Source of the DNA: the human T2T-CHM13v2.0 reference genome, Homo sapiens
Strand: one strand, 5' to 3'
Length of the DNA stretch: 64,000 nucleotides
Assembly (NCBI RefSeq): GCF_009914755.1
Contig: NC_060933.1
Shown here: piece by piece, positions 58,629 through 64,000 of the stretch
Position numbering within the stretch: position 1 is the stretch's first letter
Layout of the letters: each line of letters opens with the position of its first letter
The notes under the pieces: model-generated
Told to the model about the DNA's origin: nothing
Database searches by the model: none
The model's input: the letters and a program-made list of their open reading frames with translations, nothing else
Program-made: the position numbers and the translations under genes

Positions 58629-59647
58629 TGTGAAAGGAAAATAAATCTTGGGGCCCCAAAAATCACTAAGGTAAAGGAAAAAGTCAAGCTGGGAACTGCT
58701 TAGGACAAACCTGCCTCCCGTTCTATTCAAAGTCATGCCTCTGCTCACTAAAATGAATGCACATCCAACTGGCTCCTTTGGAAATGTTAATCAAAATCTC
58801 AAAAGAATGCAACCATTTGTCTCTCACCTACCTGTGACCTGGAAGCCCCCCTCCCTGCTTAAGTTGTCCTGCTTTTCCAAGCGGAACCAACGTACATCTT
58901 ACACATATTGATTGATGTCTCATATCTCCCTAAAATATATAAAACCAAGCTATGCCCCGGCCACCTTGGGGCACATTTTGCCAGGACTTTCTGAGGCTGT
59001 GTCATGGGTCCATGTTCTCTGTGATACCTCACTTTGTTTTAATATGAATAGACTCTCCCTTTACTGAGAAAGCTGGACGGACTCCATTTGGCTCCTTCAT
59101 TTGCAAGACATCAAGGGCTCCTTACCCACCCCATTCCTCAAGGACTTAACTTGTGCAAGCTGACTCCCAGCACATCGAAGAGTGCAATGAACTGATAAGG
59201 TACTGTGGCAAGCTATGTCCACAGTTCCCAGGAATTCACACGGGTGACAATACCCTAAGCCTCCGCGTTTGTGTCGGGTAGATAGCACCCAGAGCCCCCA
59301 CACCTATCACCTTGTGATGAATTTAAAGCCCCTGCACCTGGAACTGTTTGTTTTCCTGTAACCATTTGTCTTTTTAACTTTTTTGCCTGTTTTTACTTCT
59401 GTGAGATTGCTTCAGCTCGATTCCCCCTCCCCTTTCCAAACCAAAGTTTAAAAGAAAACCTAGCCCCTTCTTTGGGGCCGAGAGAATTTTGAGCGCTAGC
59501 CATCTCTCAGTCGCCGGCTAATAAAGGACTCCTGAGTTAGTCTCAAAGTGTGACGTTTCTCTATAACTCACTTGGTTACAACATCTCGATCTTGGCAAAA
59601 TAAACTTTGTAAATTAACTGAGACCTGTCTCAGATATTCAGGTTCAT
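58629..59647 (+). mobile_element. MER4A1-like (ERV1) solo LTR split by LTR6
   Basis: tgtgaaaggaaaataaatcttggggcccc start; resumes cttggcaaaataaacttt after 59587; homologous to 55499-55959. Confidence 0.88.
59020..59583 (+). mobile_element. LTR6 (LTR6A-like, HERVS71) solo LTR
   Basis: tgtgatacc...gactctccctt...ggttacaaca; perfect TSD TCTC. Confidence 0.8.
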
Positions 59648-61669
59648 CTTTCTCAGTGACAGGATCTGATGGGGAAACTGAAATATCATAAGCCCCAGAA
59701 ATTTATGCATATGTGCTGTAGTAAATTAAATCTAGAGTAATCCCCATGAGACCTTCACTCAACTCCCCACCAACTCGCTCCTCCAGCTTTCATCCCAATG
59801 TTCTACTTTGGTCCTTTTTTGTATCTTGGACATTTTGCCATCAGAACAGTTAACACTTTATAGGGAATCTATTTCTTTAAAAATGTGCCTTTCCCACTAA
59901 AATGGGAAACTCTCAAGGGCAAAGATGATTATTTATTTGCCTGTGTATCTGGGTGCCTACCACAGTACTTAACCCATATCAGACACACAGTACATATATT
60001 TTTAATTTGTCTGTATTTGTTCAGTTTATTTTTCCATCAAAACAAACTCCCTGAACAATAATCCTTTAATATTGCCTGTTATATATTTTATACCCACTAA
60101 AGGCATTACATTAGGAACCCTCATGGATGGAGTTCAGAGAGTCTACAAGATCCCTGGGTACATGCACAAAATGTTAGGTGTATATAAAAAGGAAAAATAT
60201 CTTTTTCAGCAATGCCCCCTCATGAATAGAACATTCTGAGTATCTCTTACTCAACTGCTGGTGGGAATGTTACACATATACTTAGACATTGTTGACAAGA
60301 TGAAGGTTCAAACTCACACGGAACAGAATAAAAGATGGTAGCAGTTTATTTCTGAGAAGCAATTGGATATCTTAATCATGTCACTCTTGAATGGCCACAG
60401 TTACTTTTTCCATAATAAAATGTCTAATTGCTTTGGGTTCCAGTCTCCATTTTCAAGCTGGTCTGGGGCATTAGTGTCTGCCTCCATTAGCCTTTGCTGG
60501 AAGTTATTTTTATGATAATTTTGGTGCCAACTGCATTACAAAAAGGTTGATGGCCAGTATTTTGGCCCGTGATAATTGCATGCTTTCAATGTTAGAACTG
60601 CCAAGCTGTTAATTAGCTTAATGTAAGGACTACATATCCACTTTTTATTCTCATTTTGATCTCCCAGCATTATCTTCTTCGTAAGTAGATCTCTGCAAAA
60701 GTGTTTGAAAAGTGCTTGTTTTCACAAAATAATCATGCTATATTAGTGAGTTATGAACAGATGCCTGTTAAGAGAGCTAATTTAGTCCATTACTCAAAGC
60801 ATGAACCAAAACATCATTGGTGCACAGAGAATTTATGGGAAATCCACTTTTGCCACGCTCTGACAACAGCACAGCAAATCAAGGTAGTACTCTGGGACTA
60901 AAACAATTTCACTATTCATAGAACTTTGATATCCAATGGTTCCTTGATTAGCAGAGAAAAGCTACACATATCAAAAATCAAGTCTAATAGAGAAAAGGAA
61001 GCTAAGCTGCTTACAACCACACTGCAGACTTACTGATCTTTCTTTTGTTTCCATTTGTCTATTTTAAGATGTTGATAGTGTTAGGTAAAAGTTTGACCAT
61101 ACAACCCTGCCTCACGTGGGATTAGGATTTCTAATGCATGTCCCTTCTTTTATCACCCATTTTACTGGTAGATTGTAAGATTCTGGACTGAGTTTGCCAA
61201 GTTGGCTGCTAGGCAAATAATCATTAAAATTGAAAATGGCTCTGACAGAAGAGTCTTTGAGCACATTTGAAACTCAGGGATGGCTGGAGCTGCCACATGG
61301 TGTGATAGCCTCTATTCTGAAGGAGACAATCTATACGGCATAATACCTCAAATAGGTAACAATGAATGCTATATATTATATTTTATAATATAATCCTCAT
61401 CAATGATTATGAAAATAGAAATAACAATGATAATATGGTTGTCGTTGATAAAAAAAGAGAGTGTAATGCCTGATTCTCAGATTTAATTATTGTTAGATTT
61501 CACAGCAGAGAGCATTGTACAGTATAGTCAAGTGGGTTTGGACATAAAGGATGTCAGTAGTCTTGAGTTCTAGACCTGTTTATCACACTCATTTCTATGG
61601 CCATAAGAAAGTCAAATAATTTCTCTGGGTGTCAGTTTTGTCAGTCACAAAACAGGGATAGGAATGAGG

Positions 61670-61840
61670 ATTAACTGTAACTGGACACAAGGAAGCTTAC
61701 GGAGGTGATAGAAATGCTCTAAAAGTGAATTGTGGTCATCATTGTGCAACTTGGTCCATTTACTAAAATGTATCGAATTATACACTTCAAATGGGTAAAT
61801 TTTATGGCATGTAAATTATCTCAGTGAATTTGTTAAAAAG
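61670..61840 (+). mobile_element. Old L1 (L1MC/ME) 3' end
   Basis: ggtgatagaaatgctctaaaa, tacacttcaaatgggtaaattttatggcatgtaaattat. Confidence 0.65.
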
Positions 61841-62990
61841 ATGAAGGTGTTTGTTCATTCTTTCACCAAAGGAACAACATATTCTATTATCAAAAAGCTC
61901 ACAATCTGAAGTAGGAGATAAATCAATTTGCAGTTATTCTTAAACAAATTCATTTGCAATTATTATTTCTTTCCCCATAATATAACATTTATTTGGTGCC
62001 AGGCACATTTCTTTGTTTGGCCAACTCTTCATTCTTAAACATACATTTCTAGCTCCTTTGAAAGTCCTTTCCTGAACGTTTGAGGTTGTTGCCTGCCTTT
62101 CCTCTGTAACTATCATTAACACCTTGTGTTTTTATGCTCATTACCATTGAGAAGCCTCTGATTATCTGCACATCCGGGTCCTCTTCTATGAGAAGGGAAA
62201 TAGATCATCAGAGGTCACATATCCATTAAGTGGTGGAGCTGAGGTTCAGACCCAAGCCTTTTTGGCTCCAGAGTATGTGTCTTCATAGCCAGTACCCCAG
62301 TCTTCTCATTTATTAATTATGTTTTATATCATCTCTGCTTTATCAATTCACCTATCTTTCTGGTTCCTATTTCAGGATCATTTGCTTTTATTTTTATTTC
62401 ACCTTTGTTTCTGTATTTTTGTTGTGCACTTTTTTAAATTCTTATATTTAAAAAATATTAATTCCTTAATTCACTTTTTTTTCTGATTTGGCAATTAAAG
62501 CTTGTAAGGCAATTCACTTATCTTTCAGTGTAGCTTGGCAACAATTTTAAGTTTTAATATAGAGTTAATTGTGATTAATTTGATGAGTAGTATCCACAGT
62601 GAGATATATACATATTTTAATTTAATTCTTGATTATAGTCACAACTCTCTGTTTTCTATCTTTTATTGGCATCATGAGCAGATTTTATATTATTTTGTAT
62701 TATTAAAATTCAGTTCAGTTTTATATATATTATGTCATTCTAATGGAAACTTGGTAGGAAGAAGAGTAAAATACCTCAACTCAAATACTGATTTTTTGAA
62801 AGCGACAGGACATATCAACATAAGGAGAAGAAACTTTCATGGGAAAAGGGCATGCAAAACTATTCAAAATAAATTGTGTTTAGTATGTTCTAGCTTGCTG
62901 TATGAAATTGATAGGAGTATCCATGAAATAAGATTTTTTTGAGGGAAAACATGCAAGTTATTCAAAATAAATTCTGATCACATTCTAGAT

Positions 62991-63209
62991 CAGTGTTCTG
63001 CAGGTGTTTTCTGCAAAGAGACAAATTGTGAATATTTTCAACTTTGTGAGCCATATGGTCTCTGTAGCAGCTACTCAACTCTGCCCTTGTAGCAGGAAAG
63101 CAGCTATAGAAAATAAGCAAACAAACAGATGTGGCTATGTTCCAATATAACATTATTTACCATAATACAGAAATAAGATTTGACCCGAAGGCATAGTTTA
63201 ATAGCCTTG
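62991..63209. mobile_element. MER58A hAT-Charlie element
   Basis: ggtctctgtagcagctactcaactctgcc; perfect 8-bp TSD TTCTAGAT on both sides. Confidence 0.88.
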
Positions 63210-64000
63210 TTCTAGATTATTATATATGCAAGTGACATGAATATTAACAAAGGAAAGAATATTTGAGGGAGGGGAAAGGCACAAAATTATTCCAAATAAG
63301 TGAGTGCTGATTCTGTTCAATTCATTTCCCTTTGAATTGATGGGACTCTAGGACCTTGAATCCACTGATATTGAAAGATTTGCTTCCCACTTAACTCCCT
63401 GACCATGAAAGAATACCAGCAATGTCATTTGCATCTTTAGTGAAGCCTGAAAAATTTATGACATTGCGAAAAAAGTGCATTCCTTAGAAAAAAGTGGGGC
63501 AAACTCAGCTTTGAGCAGAAATAGTACTGACCATTCTGAATGGAAGATAGAACCTAAGAAGGGCAAGTAGGAAATATTGTCTGTATTGAAACTAATAACT
63601 GGATTCACAGACAATAGTTGGTTAGTTAAAGGGAAGAAGATTCAAGGATATGAACCCCTGCCTCTCTTGTTTCTGTATTTCTAACCAAATGTGGCTTCTG
63701 TTTCACCAACTGTCATGGCGAAGTGTCCATTCCCAAGTAAGCAGGTGACTTTAAAATGTTTGGATATTATCTAAGCTATACTGAATTCATATGGACACCA
63801 AGGTGGTCATATGAGGGTAGAGTTCACTGACCCCCATATTTCACATCTTCCATCTATTTTCTTAACAATATATCTTGACACCATTTATGATGATGCAGAG
63901 GTGTAGCCTGATTGAAATGTGGATCCATGCTTGGTTTGAAGTCGCTGTTAGTACACTCTGAGCAAGTGTGATAAATAGGTTTTGTCTTTCCTTAGGTGCC

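Noticed and set aside
55499-59647. Two MER4A1 LTRs as the ends of one provirus
   Set aside because: The first LTR has its own CATG TSD; the interval holds other LTRs and a MIR, with no PBS or gag/pol
62535-62942. 135-aa hydrophobic ORF
   Set aside because: Non-ATG (TTG) start in AT-rich DNA, likely old repeat; no homology recognised

Overview
Hominid (human or great ape) non-coding genomic DNA, AT-rich and dominated by interspersed repeats. An SVA_A-type element and an AluY place it in Hominidae. I found no host protein-coding exon, RNA gene or CpG-island promoter, and nothing prokaryotic. The recognisable ORFs derive from repeats. Main elements: an LTR12 solo LTR inside an MLT2 LTR (0.7-2.8 kb); an old L1 5' end with a MER50 insertion (6-8.6 kb); a near full-length, inactivated L1PA4-6 on the minus strand (15.5-21.8 kb); a full SVA_A-type element (34.5-36.5 kb); and a dense cluster of five same-strand ERV1 LTRs, two of them nested (55.5-59.6 kb). 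There are also many Alu, MaLR, L2, MIR and DNA-transposon relics. Most notable observations: (i) a decayed apolipoprotein A-IV-like coding fragment inside an ancient ERVL LTR; (ii) a tail-less, TSD-less Alu fragment in L1 ORF1; (iii) an L1 ORF0 with a strong Kozak context and a splice donor upstream of its premature stop; (iv) a perfect 21-bp-arm palindrome replacing a monomeric Alu tail; (v) a 193-bp higher-order duplication in the SVA VNTR; (vi) a p53-type triple half-site in the LTR cluster. Subfamily names come from recalled consensus sequences and need RepeatMasker/Dfam confirmation. I see no convincing new multi-gene system.
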